Shown: piece after piece, positions 36,724-50,375 of the stretch
Position numbering within the stretch: the first letter of the stretch is position 1
How the letters are laid out: each line of letters starts with the position of its first letter
Origin: Chiloscyllium plagiosum
Lineage: Eukaryota
DNA length: 56,672 nt
Assembly: GCF_004010195.1 (NCBI RefSeq)
Contig: NC_057754.1
Coordinates: forward strand, 8,866,566 to 8,923,237
Direction of reading: 5' to 3'
Position numbers and translations under genes: made by a program
Notes under the pieces: model-generated
What the model was told of the DNA's origin: nothing
Databases searched by the model: none
The model's input: only the letters and a program-made list of their open reading frames with translations

Positions 36724-39407
36724 AATTGTCAGGGGGGGGTGGGAGTTGAAATAGCTGGCAAGTGGAAGTTGATGTAGAGGAGACCATATCGGAGGCAAAG
36801 GATGCAATAATTCAGGTTAGATGAAATGCAAGTGAATCTCTGCTGGACTTTGAATGCTTCTTTGGGGCCTTGGATGAAGGTGAGAGGGAAAGTGTGGGGA
36901 CAGGTTTTGCACCTTCTGCAGCTGCAGGGGAAGGTTCCAGGTTGGAGGAGGGATTAGTGAGGAGTGTGGACCTAACAAGGGGGTCACAGAAGGAACAGTC
37001 CCTTTGAAAAGTGAATATGGGTAGGGTGGGAAATATCATTTTGTGATGGGGTCAGACTACAGGTGGCAGAGTTAGATGTGTTAGACTTGGGGATTAGTGG
37101 GGTTGAATGTGAAGACCAGGGGCATGCTATCCTTGTGGTTGGCGGCAGGGTTTGTTTGAGGGCAAAGGTGTGAGAAATGGAGAAGATGCAGTTGAGGACA
37201 CTGTTGATCACAGGGGAGGGGAAATTGCAGTCTTTGAAGCAGGAGGACATCTGGGATGTCCTGGAGTGGAATTGCTTCTCCTGGTAGCAGATACAGTGGA
37301 GGGAATTGGGTGTATGGGGGTGGGTGGGAGGAGGTGTAGTTGAGATAGCTCTGGGAGTCAGTGGGTTTGTCATAGATGTTAGTGCTGAGTGAGCTAGTGG
37401 AGGTGGAGACAGAGAGGTTCAAGGAAGGGGAGGGAAGTGTCAGAGATGGTCCAGGTGAATTTGAGGTCAGGGTGGAAGGTGTGGGAGAAGTGAATGAACT
37501 ATTTAAGCTCCTCATAGGAGCACGAGGCAGTGCCAATATAGCCATCGATGTAGTGGAGGAAAGGGTGGGGAATGGTGCCGGTGTAGCTGCAGAAGAGGGA
37601 CTGTTCCATGTATCTACAAAGAGGCAGCATAGAACAGGCCCATATGGGTATCCATGGCCACCTCTCTGGTTTGGAGGAAGTGGGAGGATTGAAAGAAAAA
37701 GTTGTTCAGGGTGAGGACCAGTTCTGCCAAGTGGATGAGTGTGTCACTGGAGGGGGACTGGTTGGGTCCACTGGAGTGGATGAGAGAGTGCTTCAAGGCT
37801 CTTCTCACGGGTTACAGGTATAGAGAGACTGGGATGTTCATGGTGGTGATGAGGTGTTGGAGGCCAGGGAACTGAAAGTCATAGAGAAAGTGGTGGGTAG
37901 ATGTGGTATCCTAAACATAGGTGAGGAATTCCAAAGGGGACAGGAGGTAGTCGAGATTAGAGGAGCGGAGTTCAGTAGGGTAGGAGCAACGGGTAATCGG
38001 TCAACCTGGGCACTCAGGTTTATGAATTTTAGGGAGAAGATAGAATCGGGCAGTGCTAGGTTGGGGAACTATAACGTCAGAGGCTGTGTATGGGAGATTT
38101 TTTGAAGCAACGAGATTGTGAATGGTCTTGGAGATGATGGTTTGGTGATGAGGGGGGCAGTAGGAGGAGGTGTCAGCGAGTTGGCGTCTTGCTTTGGCGA
38201 GGCAGAGATTGGTGTGCCAAACTACCACCATGCCTCCCTTGTCAGCTGGTTTGATGGTGAGGTTGGGGTTGGAGCAGAGGGCTGCATGTTGCGAGGGGGG
38301 AGAGGTTGGAGTGGGTGAGACATGTGGAGAGATTCAGGCAGTTGATGTCACAATGGCGTTTGGAGACGAAGAGGTCAAGGGAGAGGGTAGGAGGCCAGGA
38401 CTGGGTGTCCAGGAGGATGGAGTGTGTTGGAGGCGGGAAAAGGGGTCTTCGGAGAGTGGATGGGATTCACATTCAAAGAAGTAGGCACAGAGTTGGAGTC
38501 AGCGGAAAAAGTGTTCAGCATCTGGAAGTGTGCGGAATGTGTTGATATGTGGGCACAGTGGAATAGAGGTTAGTCCTTTTGAGGACTGACCATTTGCCCT
38601 CAGTGAGGGGGAGGTGTGGTAAATACCCAGCAGGGCTTGGGGCTGGGACATCATGTTGAGTTGGAGCGGAGGTGGAGATTGTCTCTGTCTCTGGGTGGGG
38701 GTGTGGGTGAGAACGATCATGTGATTGGCAGTGACATCAGCAATCATGTGAACGCTATCAGCGGAAGTGACGTCGGCAGTCGCAGGGAGTGATGTGGTTG
38801 GCAGAGGCGGTGTGCTCAGTGGCAATTTCAGAGGGGACATGGTCAGTAAAGGCAGCGGAAGCAGCATGTTTCAAACCCTGGACACGGTGGCCAGTTTAGC
38901 ACGGCCAATCCGCCTAAGCTGCACATCTTTGGACTGTGGGAGGGAACCGGAGCACCTGGAGGAAACCCACACGGACACACTGGGGATGTGCAAGTTCCAC
39001 ACAGCCTGAGGCTGGAATTGAACCTGGGTCCCTGGCGCTGAGAGGCAGCAGTACTAGCTGCTGTGCTGCCCCTATTTATTTCTTATTTAATACAATTTCA
39101 GTGTCTCTAGCTGGCCCAGCATTTGTTACCCATCACTGGTTGCTCTTCAGTAGGTGGTGGTGAACTGCTGCAGACCTTGGCTTGCAGGCACATCCAAAAT
39201 GCTATTAGGGAAGAATTTCCAGATTTTTGATCCAGCAAGTTTATTTTCCACTCAGGATGGTGAGTGGCTTGGAGGGGAGCTTGCAGGTAGTGGTGTTCTA
39301 CATGGTGTAACTCGAGGGTTTGGAAGGTTCTGTCTAAGGAGCCTGGGAGAGTTGCTGCAGTGCATCCTGTAGATGGTACATTCTGTGCATTGATGTGGCA
39401 AGAGTAT

Positions 39408-39723
39408 TTTAGATTCCCAACAGTATGGGAACAGGCCCTTCAGCCCAACAAGTCTATAATCGACCCTCTGAAGAGAACCCCACCCAGACCCAGTCCCCCA
39501 ACCTATATTTCCCTCTGACTAATGCACCTAACACTATGGGCAATTTAACATGGCCAATTCACCTGACCTGCACATCTTTGGATTGTGGGAGGAAACCGGA
39601 GCACCCGGAGGAAACTCACGCAGACACGGGAAGAATGTGCAAACTCCACACAGACAGCTGCCCGAAGTGGGAATCGAACCTGGGTCCCTGGTGCTGTGAG
39701 GCAACAGTGCTAACCACTGTGCC
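39408..39723 (-). mobile_element. HE1-like SINE
   Basis: Near full-length match to the other copies. Confidence 0.88.
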
Positions 39724-40011
39724 GGCCAGTCTGGGAATCGAACCCACATCCCAGCCCACTAGCCTGGAGTCTCTGGATTACTATCCCAGTGAAATTACCA
39801 TTATGCCACCAAGTCCTTTTTGAAGTGTTGTTGGATGATGTCAAGCTTTTGAGTGTTTTGGAGCTGCATTCATCTAAACATGTTTAAAATATGTTTGAAA
39901 GAAGTTCAAAGGATTTGCTAGCCAAAACCCAGAATGTGCGGATTGTCTTATGAAGTGAGGCTGGATTGGGTAGGCCTGCATCAGCTCCAGTTTAGTTTAG
40001 AACAGTCAGTG

Positions 40012-40326
40012 ATGGCACGGTGGCTCAGTGGTTAGCACTGCTGCCTTACAGTACTAAGATCCCAGGTTCAATTCCAGCCTAGGGTGACTGTTTGTGTGGA
40101 GTTTGCACACTCTCCCTCTTTCTGCATGGGTTTCCTCCGGATGCTCCAGTTTCCTCCTACAGTCCAAAAATGTGCAGGTCAGGTGAATTGGCCGTGCTAA
40201 ATTGCCCATAGTGTTAGGTGCATTGGTTAGAGTGAAATGGGTCTGGGTGGGTTACTCTTCGGAGGGTCGGTGTGGACTGGTTGGGCTGAAGGGTCTGTTT
40301 CCACATTGTAGGGAATCTAATCTAAT
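40012..40326 (+). mobile_element. HE1-like SINE inserted into a CR1 remnant
   Basis: A and B boxes, central domain, AATCT tail. Confidence 0.88.
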
Positions 40327-40603
40327 TGAAACATATAAGATCCTGAGCGGACTTGACTGGGTGAATGGGGAAAGGATGTTCCCTCTTGTATGAGATTCTC
40401 AAACTGTGGATCATAGTTTTTAAAAAAAATGAGGAAACTTGTTTTTCTTGGAGGATTGAGTTTCTTTGGAATTCTTTTCCTGAAAAGGCAGTAGGTGCGG
40501 AATCTTTAAATATTTTTAAGACAGAGGTAGATTCTGGATTACCAAGAGGATGAAAAATTATTAGGGATTTGCAGGAAGGTAAAGCTATCTTAAAATCGGA
40601 TTA

Positions 40604-41190
40604 GGAGAAAGTGAGGACCGCAGATGTTGGAGACCAGAGTCGAGAGTGTGGTGCTAGAAAAGCACAGCAGGTCAGGCAGCATTCGAGCAACAGGAGAGTT
40701 GACTTTTCGGGCACAAGCCCTTCATCAGGAATGAGGCTTGTGGGCTGGGGGTGCTGAGAGATAAATGGGAGGGGAGTGGGTTGGGGGTAAGGTAGCTTGA
40801 GAATGCAATAAGTAGATGAAGATGGGGGTGAAGGTGATAAGATGGAGCGGACAGATGGGAAAGGTAATGGACAGGTCAAGAGGGCAGTGACGAGTTGGAG
40901 GCTTGGCCCTGAGATAATGTGGAGGAGGGGAATTGAGGAAATCCACATTGATCCCGTGTGGTTGCACAGTCCCAAGGCAGAATGTGAGGCGTTCTTCCTC
41001 CAGACGTTGGGTGGTAAGGGTTTGGCGATGGAGGAGGCCCAGGACCTGCATGTCCTTGGTGGAGTGGGAGGGACAGTTGAAGTGTTCAGCTACAGGGTGG
41101 TGGGGTTGGTGGATGCGGGTGTCCCAGAGATGTTCTCTGAAATGATCCCCAAGTTGGTGTCCTGCCTCTCTGATGTAGAGGAGACCACAT
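40604..41190 (-). mobile_element. Penelope 3' fragment
   Basis: ORF 40725..41051(-) QRLEEERLTFCLGTVQPHGINV; hammerhead core ~40699-40732. Confidence 0.85.
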
Positions 41191-41574
41191 TAGCATGATC
41201 ATACTTGAACCTGCTCTGCCATTTAAAGGGCCAAGTAGCCTACTCTTATTCCTTATTTGTATGTTTGTAATATCCTATCACACCCCTGATTTGTATCGTG
41301 TGATTGGAAGACAAGTACTAGGAAATCAGGAAGTGTGTGACTTCATTCAGAATTCCTAGCCTCATGTAACCACAATATTTGTACAGTGTGGGCACCATGC
41401 ATTTCAGTTTCCAGTCAACCATAACCCAAGTATGGTGATTGTGGGGGATGCAGTGGTTCCATTGTTAGTTGGGGATAGTTAGACCCTCTGTTTTTGACAT
41501 TTTCTTTTATCAGATGCTCTTTGGAGGGATATTGTGGGCTCAATGGGCCGAATGGCCTACTTCCACGAACATAA

Positions 41575-42950
41575 GGATTTTGCTAAGGGGTTTGCTTTTC
41601 TTTCCCAGCTGGAATTTCTTCAGTGCATTCATGAAGGGGAGAGACTGTCCACCATCTCTGTGTGAGGACGGATTCTGTTCCTTAACTCAGGCGGGCACGC
41701 CAGTGGGTTCACCATATGGGATGACCTTTCATTGTATCTTGTTGTTTCATAGAGGCTTCCAAGCAACATCTAACTTGTTAACATACCGAATGTTCACACT
41801 GAGGAGAAGCCATTCACCTGCTCCACATGAAGAAAGGGATTAATTCCGTCACCAATACAGAACGGAAACAGACCCTTCGGTCCAACTCGTCCATGCCAAC
41901 CAGATATCCTAAATTAATCTAGTCCCATTTGCCAGCACTTGGCCCATATCTCTCTCCACTCTTCCTATTCACATACTCCGCCAGATGCCTTTTAATTGTT
42001 GTAATTGTACCAGCCTCCATCACTTCCTCTGGCAGCTCATTCCATACACTCACCACCCTCTGCGTGAAAAGGTTCCCCTTAGGTCTCTCTTCAATCTTTT
42101 CCCTCTTACCTTAAACCTATGCCCTCCAGTTCTGGATTCCCCCAACCCAGGAAAAAGACCTTGTCTATTTATCCTATCCGTGCCCCTCATGATTTTATAA
42201 ACCTCTACAAGGTCACCCTTCAATCTCTACTCTAGGGATAATAGTCCAGCCTATTCAGCCTCTCCCTATAGCTCAAACCCTCCAACCCTGGCTACATATT
42301 TATAAATCTTTGCTGAACCCTTTCAAGTTTCACAACGTCCTTTGGATAGGAAGGAAACCAGAATTGCACACAATATTCCAAACGTGGCCTCATGCTACAG
42401 CTGCAACATGACCTCCTGTACTCGATGCCAATGAAGGAAAGCATACCAAACGCTTTCTTCATTATTCTCTCTAACTGCGACTCTACTTTCAAGGAACTAA
42501 GAATGTGCACTCCAAGATCTTTGTTCAGCAACACTCTAAAACCTTACCATTAAGTGTATAGCTCCTGCCCTGATTTGCCTTTCCAAAATGCAGCACCTCA
42601 CATTTATCTATATTAAATTCCATCTGCCACTCCCAGGCCCACTGGTCCATCTGATCAAGAGCCCATTGTACTCTTGAGGTAATTACCTTCGCTGTCCACT
42701 TCACCTCCAATTTTGGTGTTATCTGCAAACTTACTAACTATACCTCCTGTGTTCACATACAACTTTTTTTTTCTTCAACATCAGTTGTTCTTAGTGATGA
42801 GAGACCTTTACATATTTGAACTGTGAGAAGACCTTGAACATCAAATGGATTGTCTAATGTCCATTAATGAGCTCTCACTGGGAAGGGACTGTTCACTGCT
42901 CAGTGTTTGGGAAGGAATTTACTCAGTTTTTTAAACATCCAACATATCAC
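41575..42950 (+). pseudogene. Decayed ZNF pseudogene split by a CR1 insertion (ZNF-D)
   Basis: KGFAFLSQLEFLQCIHEGER, SNLLTY, VHTEEKPFTCST*RKG before the CR1; LQHQ...SDERPL and GKEFTQ remnants after it. Confidence 0.7.
41855..42760 (-). mobile_element. 5'-truncated CR1 LINE
   Basis: WQMEFNIDKCEVLHFG and LEYCVQFW motifs plus 3' tail. Confidence 0.9.
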
Positions 42951-42959
42951 TGAGTTTGT

Positions 42960-43300
42960 GGAGGTGGTGGCATAGTAATAATTTCACTCTATATTAGCAA
43001 TCCAGAACCCCAGGCCAGTGCTTTTGGAATGTAGGCGGATTCCATTGTGGCAGATGGTGAAATTTGAATTCGGTGAAACATTTCAGAATAAAGAACGAGC
43101 ATAATAATGACCACGTAATCTTTGCCACTAGTTGTAAAAACCCATCTGGCTCACTTGTGGCCTTTAGGGAAGCGAATCTGTCATTCTTGTATGATCTGGC
43201 CTACAAGTGACTAGACCCACTGCAAATAGGGGTGACTCTTAAATATCTTCTGGGCAGTTAAGGATGGGCAATAAATAAGCTAGCAACACCCATGTACAAA
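42960..43300 (+). mobile_element. Second-family tRNA-derived SINE
   Basis: Reverse-complement match to the 30.5-31.1 kb copies; GGATGGGCAATAAAT tail. Confidence 0.7.
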
Positions 43301-43784
43301 TAACCCCAAAGTAAGTTTTGTGTGTCAATCTATATTCAAAAGAATTCAATTGACACCATTACTCGAAAAATCTGAAATAAAAGTGGAGAGAGGCTGTACA
43401 CATGCTTCAGAAACATTTCTGATAATAGGTACAGGTTTAATCATTTATCTTTGTTGCCTCTTAAAGGCTAAATGTGCATTGTAATTTTACAGAAATATGT
43501 GTGAAGATCTCTTTAAACAAGCTCAAACTAGACAACAGTAAGGTACTGGTGAGATGTTTTAAATTTAATTTACGTAACCCATTACACAAGAACTCAAGAA
43601 CTGGTGTGAATAAGTAATGAACACGTCATTCTAATCCAGTTGGTCTGGTCAAAGTTGGACCAGGTCAAACTCCCAGAGCTTTTGTGCATTCATCGTTTTT
43701 GACTTTAGGGCTTACGAAATTAATTACACCCACTCACTCTTGTTATTTATCAAAATGGAACACATTGACCCATTAAAGAATCTT

Positions 43785-44095
43785 TGAGGAGTGTTGGGTC
43801 CAAGTTTTGTTGGTCGGAACGTAATCCGGACTCCGTGTGGGATAAGTCGGTTCCGTATGCAGGTGCTGAGGAAGGAGATATGGCTGTGGTAGTGAGTCTG
43901 TTTGAGAATGTGGCTGAAGAGCTTCTGTGCAGAGGAGATGACCTGGGGGGTGCAGTGAGAGAGGGACTCACTGAAATCTTTGTAGAGGTGTTGGGTCCAA
44001 GAATTCCTGAAGAAGGGCTTATGCCCGAAACGTCGATTCTCCTGTTCCCTGGATGCTGCCTGACCTGCTGCGCTTTTCCAGCAACACATTTTCAG
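43785..44095. mobile_element. Short young Penelope-derived insertion with 14-bp TSD
   Basis: CATTAAAGAATCTT at 43771-43784 and 44096-44109; minus-strand ORF fragment (FLSTCIRNRLIPHG) joined to a plus-strand pLTR. Confidence 0.85.
44000..44040 (+). ncRNA. Minimal type I hammerhead ribozyme motif
   Basis: CTGAAGA 44007-44013, stem II GGGC-TTAT-GCCC 44015-44026, GAAA 44027-44030, CGTC; predicted cleavage after C44034. Confidence 0.7.
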
Positions 44096-44879
44096 CATTA
44101 AAGAATCTTGCAAATTATGTAGCCAATTCTTTCGGGAGTCTGTACAATGGTCATTTTCTCATGGTTTGTAAATTGCTATCTCATCTCCCTGAGAGATTTA
44201 ATGACATCTTTATATTTAGTCCTTCACTTGAACTCCTGGCTTAGAGACAAAAATATACATCGTCAGTCCTTTCAGTTAATAACGTATGCCTATGTGGTCA
44301 CAGGTAATAATTCTGACCACCTTGATATGTGTGCTATAGATCCTTCATTGTCATGTGTGTAAGTTCTATACTGTAGAGTGACGTGTAATAAAGTTTCCTC
44401 GCTCGCACTCTCGCTACAATGTCGAGATTTTTCACTGAAGAATGAAGCCAGAGTCTGCTCAATGCTGTATAAAATCTGACATCTACCCAAACAGACTACA
44501 CTTCTCCTAAAACAATACAAAGGATCTGATACTTTCCAGATCCTTTCTCATCTTCTGACCATTATCCTCCAGTCACAAATCCTTTGTGTGTACATCATCC
44601 TTCAATAACACTACAGCTTCCACTTTAAAACTTCCATCAATCTTACCAACCGATATAAATGGAATTGCTGCAAGGGAATCAGTTCTTGAATACTCTCACG
44701 CTGATTGTGTTAAGGCTTCCTGGAGTAATGCACTGAGCCAAATTTTTCCCATCCGAGTAAATTTTAATGGGATAATCCAGTTTTATTTTTAAATCGAATC
44801 TCTTTGAACCTAATTAAGGCCCATCCCTTTCTCACACACTGCAAGGGATGGTCTGCTGTGAGTTGTTCTCTTACAGTCT

Positions 44880-45135
44880 GAATCTCCGCTGGAAGGGTTC
44901 ACGACCCTCATCTGGACTCGGTCCAGCCTCCCTCATTCACTCTGATTGGCCGAAGGAAGAATTGTCACGCTTTGTTCCATCAGCACCGTTCTCTCTTCCT
45001 ATTGGGTCGGGTCCGTCATCAATCACCCAGGCGCGCTGGCGTTTGGAGCACGTGCGCGATCATGCGTTCAAATTGCGCAGCCGCAGAGGGGGGGGTGAGT
45101 GTCTGAAAGGCAGGAGGCTGGAAGAACCTAGCTAG
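44880..45135 (+). promoter_or_regulatory. CpG-rich promoter and putative first exon upstream of ZNF-C
   Basis: ATTGG ~44945 and 45001-45005, TCATCAATCA 45016-45025, E-box CACGTG ~45049, donor GTGAGT ~45095. Confidence 0.7.
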
Positions 45136-45136
45136 C

Positions 45137-46320
45137 AAGGCAGCATCAGGAGGTGGGGAAGTCAATGTTTCGGGTGTAACCCTTCTTCAGGTCATTGGGG
45201 GGTAGGAACTGGTGGAAGGGGAGCTGCAGATAAAGGGGTTGGCGAGGGCAGGGTGCTGAAGTGGGGCTAGGGTGAAGACAGGAAGAGGGTACAACCTGGT
45301 TGGTCAATGGGAGGAATGAAACCATTGGTGGACAGGAGGGGGAAGGGAGGTTATTTGAAATTGGAGAACTCGCACTGTTGAGTCCTCCGGGCTGTAGGCT
45401 GCCCAAGCGGAAGATGAGGTGTTGTTCCTCCAGTTTGGGCTTTGGTTCATTGTGCCCATGGAGGAGGCTGAGGATGGTCATGTGTGAAAGGGAGTGGGAA
45501 GGGGATTTACAATGGGCAGTAACTGGGAGGTCCGTTTGGCCCCCGTGGGCCCGGCTGAGATGCTTGGCGAACCGTTACTTAAGTTTACGTTTAGATTAGA
45601 TTCCCTACAGTGTGTGGAAACTTCAGCCCAACAAGTCCGCACCGACCCTCTGAAGAGTAACCCACCCAGACCCATTGCCCCCTGGCTAACGCACCTAACC
45701 TATGGGCAATTTAGCATGGCCAATTCACCTGACCTACACATCTTTGGACTGTGGGAGGAAACCGGAGCACCCGGAGGAAACCCACGCAGACACAGGGAGA
45801 ATGTGCAAACTCCACACAGACAGGCACCCGGGGCTGGAATCGAACCTGGGACCCTGGTAGTCTCCCTGATGTAGAGAAGTCCACATCAGGAGCACCAGAT
45901 GCAATAAACTAGGTTGGAAGAGAGGCAGGTGAACCTCTGTCTCAAATGGAGGGACTGTTTGGGGCCCTGGATGGAAGTGAGGGGGTGGTGTACCTGCAGG
46001 TTTTGTATCTTTTCCAGTGGCAGGGGAAGGTAGCTGGGGGTTTGAGTCAGGAGAGTGGCACAAACCAAGTATTGTCCAAGGGAGCAGCCTTTGCGGAAGG
46101 CAGAGAGGGGTGGGGAGGGGAAGATGTCCTTGGTGGTGGGATGTAGTTGGAGTTGGTGGAAGTATGTAAGGATGATGCATTTGATGCAGAGACTGATAGG
46201 CAAGGACAAGGGGGACTCTGTCTTTATTGCACTGGGGGGTTGTGGTTGAGAGCAATGGAACAGGGAGTAGAGGTGGTGTGGTGGAGGGCAGTCTGCATGA
46301 CAGGGAGGAAAAGCATGTTG
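45137..46320 (-). mobile_element. Penelope 3' fragment interrupted by a SINE
   Basis: QRFTCLSSNLVYCIWCS and KLEEQHLIFRLGSLQPGGLN; hammerhead core ~45160-45193. Confidence 0.85.
45591..45858 (-). mobile_element. HE1-like SINE, 5'-truncated
   Basis: Central domain and TTAGA tail. Confidence 0.85.
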
Positions 46321-46509
46321 TTCTCATTTTATTAGGTCGATGTGGACAGCCGCCATCTTAATTTATGGCAGTGTATGGAAGGGCACTTGCGCTGAAGTAA
46401 TCTTTTTTGTTGAGGGACAATATGCTGAAGAGCACATACAAACCCATCCTGAGCTTTCTTCCAAAAACTGTTTTAAAAAAAAAACAGTGGGTGTGGTAAA
46501 TGAGAAACT

Positions 46510-46712
46510 AAAGCAGAAAAGCTGCTGGAAAAGCTCAGCAGGTCGGGCAGATCTGTGGAGAGAAATCGGAGTTAATGTTTCAGGTCTCGTGACCCTTCCT
46601 CAGAACTGACACAATTCTGGGGAAGGGTCACTCGACCCAAAACGTCAACTCTTGATTTCAGTCCACAGGTGCTGCCAGACCTGCTGAGCTTTTCCAGCAA
46701 TTTCTGTTTTTG
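46510..46712. repeat. Inverted pair of Penelope pLTR ends (~100-bp arms, short loop)
   Basis: GCTGGAAAAGCTCAGCAGGTC...GTGACCCTTCCTCAGAA mirrored by TTCTGGGGAAGGGTCAC...GACCTGCTGAGCTTTTCCAGC. Confidence 0.85.
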
Positions 46713-47331
46713 TATCAGATTGCTTCTTGTGGACTGACTGGGATAGGTTTTGGATTTTACAGGTGACTTAGAAGCAAGAAATGTACACAAGCCAAGGGAA
46801 ATGATTGTTCCCTCTGCAATACAGCTTTAAAATTCTGCATCGGTTACACAAGTTTTCCACTTTGTGGTCCGCGAGTTCTATTAGTCATAGAATAATTCAG
46901 AACATTTCTTTTCTCATTCTGTTGGTAGAATGGGGAATAAAAACCTAAAGTTGCTTGAGAGACAAAGCAGGGCTGGTAACATCTGTGGCAAGAGACACGC
47001 TGTCTAGTATGACTCTCCTTCAGAGCTAGTATTCTATTTAGTAGAATGTGGACTTTGCAATGAAAAGATGTGATTATGTTAATTTTTTTTTAAAATTCAC
47101 TCATGGAATGTGGATGTTGTGATTAGGCCAACATTTATTGCTCATCCTTAGTATTTAAAAGAAAAATGATGGGAATGTCAGGAAAAAAAACTGGGTGAGA
47201 AATATAAGCTGAAAGGCTGAAATGATGTCAGCCAAATAGAAGACTCATGTGCAGCAGAATCTCCAGTACAGACAGAATGGGCCATTGCAAATTTGATATT
47301 TAATGTTATTCTTTGTTAATTCCTTTTACAG

Positions 47332-49120
<1,789 letters not shown>

Positions 49121-50074
49121 ATCACCAGCAACATTGGATTTTCTTCTTTGTTTGGCTAAGGGTCACATCGAGGACTAAACCTTCTATCGTTCCCAGATTT
49201 GCATTATCTCTGTTCTTGTTTGCTCTCAGGAACGAGCCCCAGCTTCTCATGCTTTCCAGAAAATGTCCCCAGCTTTGGGGTTCAGGAAAGGTATCAGTAA
49301 CTCACTGGGATTATTAAAGACTAAACCCAGGCTTTGCATCACAATCAGCCACTGGACCTAATGTGTGTCCCACAGCTTCTCTCGCTCCTTCGGAATTTGA
49401 GTAAAACAGCGTACTACAGACCAGGTTTAAATTTCAAGCCACTCAGCCGAAGGTTGTGCAGGTTAGGTGGACTGGCCACACTAAATTGCCCGTAATGTCC
49501 AAGGATATGCAAGTTACGTGCATTAGCCATGGGATATGCTGGGTTACAGGAATCGGGTGGGGGTAGGGGATCTGGGTGGCATATTCTTCAGAGGGTCGGT
49601 GTAGACTTGGGCCGAATGGCCTGCTTCCATACTGTAAGGATTCTGTTTAATGAAACACTAGATGATGAGGCAGTGCTGCGGTAGCTGTCAGTCACTGGGT
49701 AACAACTTCACCTTGAAACCAAAAGGTGCAGTTGATTTTCCACTTCATAGAACAATCCAGGTTCATGTTTCAGTGCAGTCCCTCGGGCATGTCTCCCTGT
49801 CAGAGGTACTATGTTTCAACCCTGTCTGGTTGTTCAGTTGGATGTAACAAATACAATGGCTGTGATTCTGAAGGAAATCAAAGGATTCTTCCTGATATCC
49901 TATCCAACAAGGATTTGATGGCTCTGGTCACCTGGCGATGGCCTGATTCCCAGACTATTAATCCAGAAACCTCGGAAATGGTCTGGGGATCGGAAATGGC
50001 AGATGGTGAACTTTGTTTGTATTGAATTCAATCTGGAATTAAGAGTCTGATGTTGACCGTGAAACCATTGTCAC

Positions 50075-50375
50075 TGCTCAGTGGTTAGCACTGCTGCCTT
50101 GCAGAACCCAGGTTCAATTCCAGCCTCGGGCAACTGTGCAAACTCCACACAGACTTTCTCCCCGTGTCTGGTTTCCTTCCACAGTCGAAAGACGTGCAGG
50201 TTAGGTGGGTTGGCCATGCTAAATCGCCCATAGTGTCCACAGATGTGCAGGCTAGGTGGATTAGCTAATGGGAAACGCAGGGTTACAGCGATAGGTCCAG
50301 TCTGGTTGGGATGCTGTTTGGAGGGTTGGGGTGAATTCCATGGGCTGGATTGTCTGCTTCCACACTGGGAATTCT
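50075..50375 (+). mobile_element. HE1-like SINE nested in a second-family SINE (~49950-50550)
   Basis: GCTCAGTGGTTAGCACTG head; flanks continue the other SINE. Confidence 0.75.

Larger units (their letters stand above)
35945..38870 (-). mobile_element. Long decayed Penelope-like element (RT and GIY-YIG regions) interrupted by SINEs
   Basis: ARFYLLPKIHKPECPG, HLAELVLTLNNFFFQSSHFLQTREVAMDTHMG, KPTDSQSYLNY, CKLEEERLIFHL. Confidence 0.85.

Noticed and set aside
44400..44800. Possible decayed LINE coding remnant
   Set aside because: Similarity too weak to support by eye
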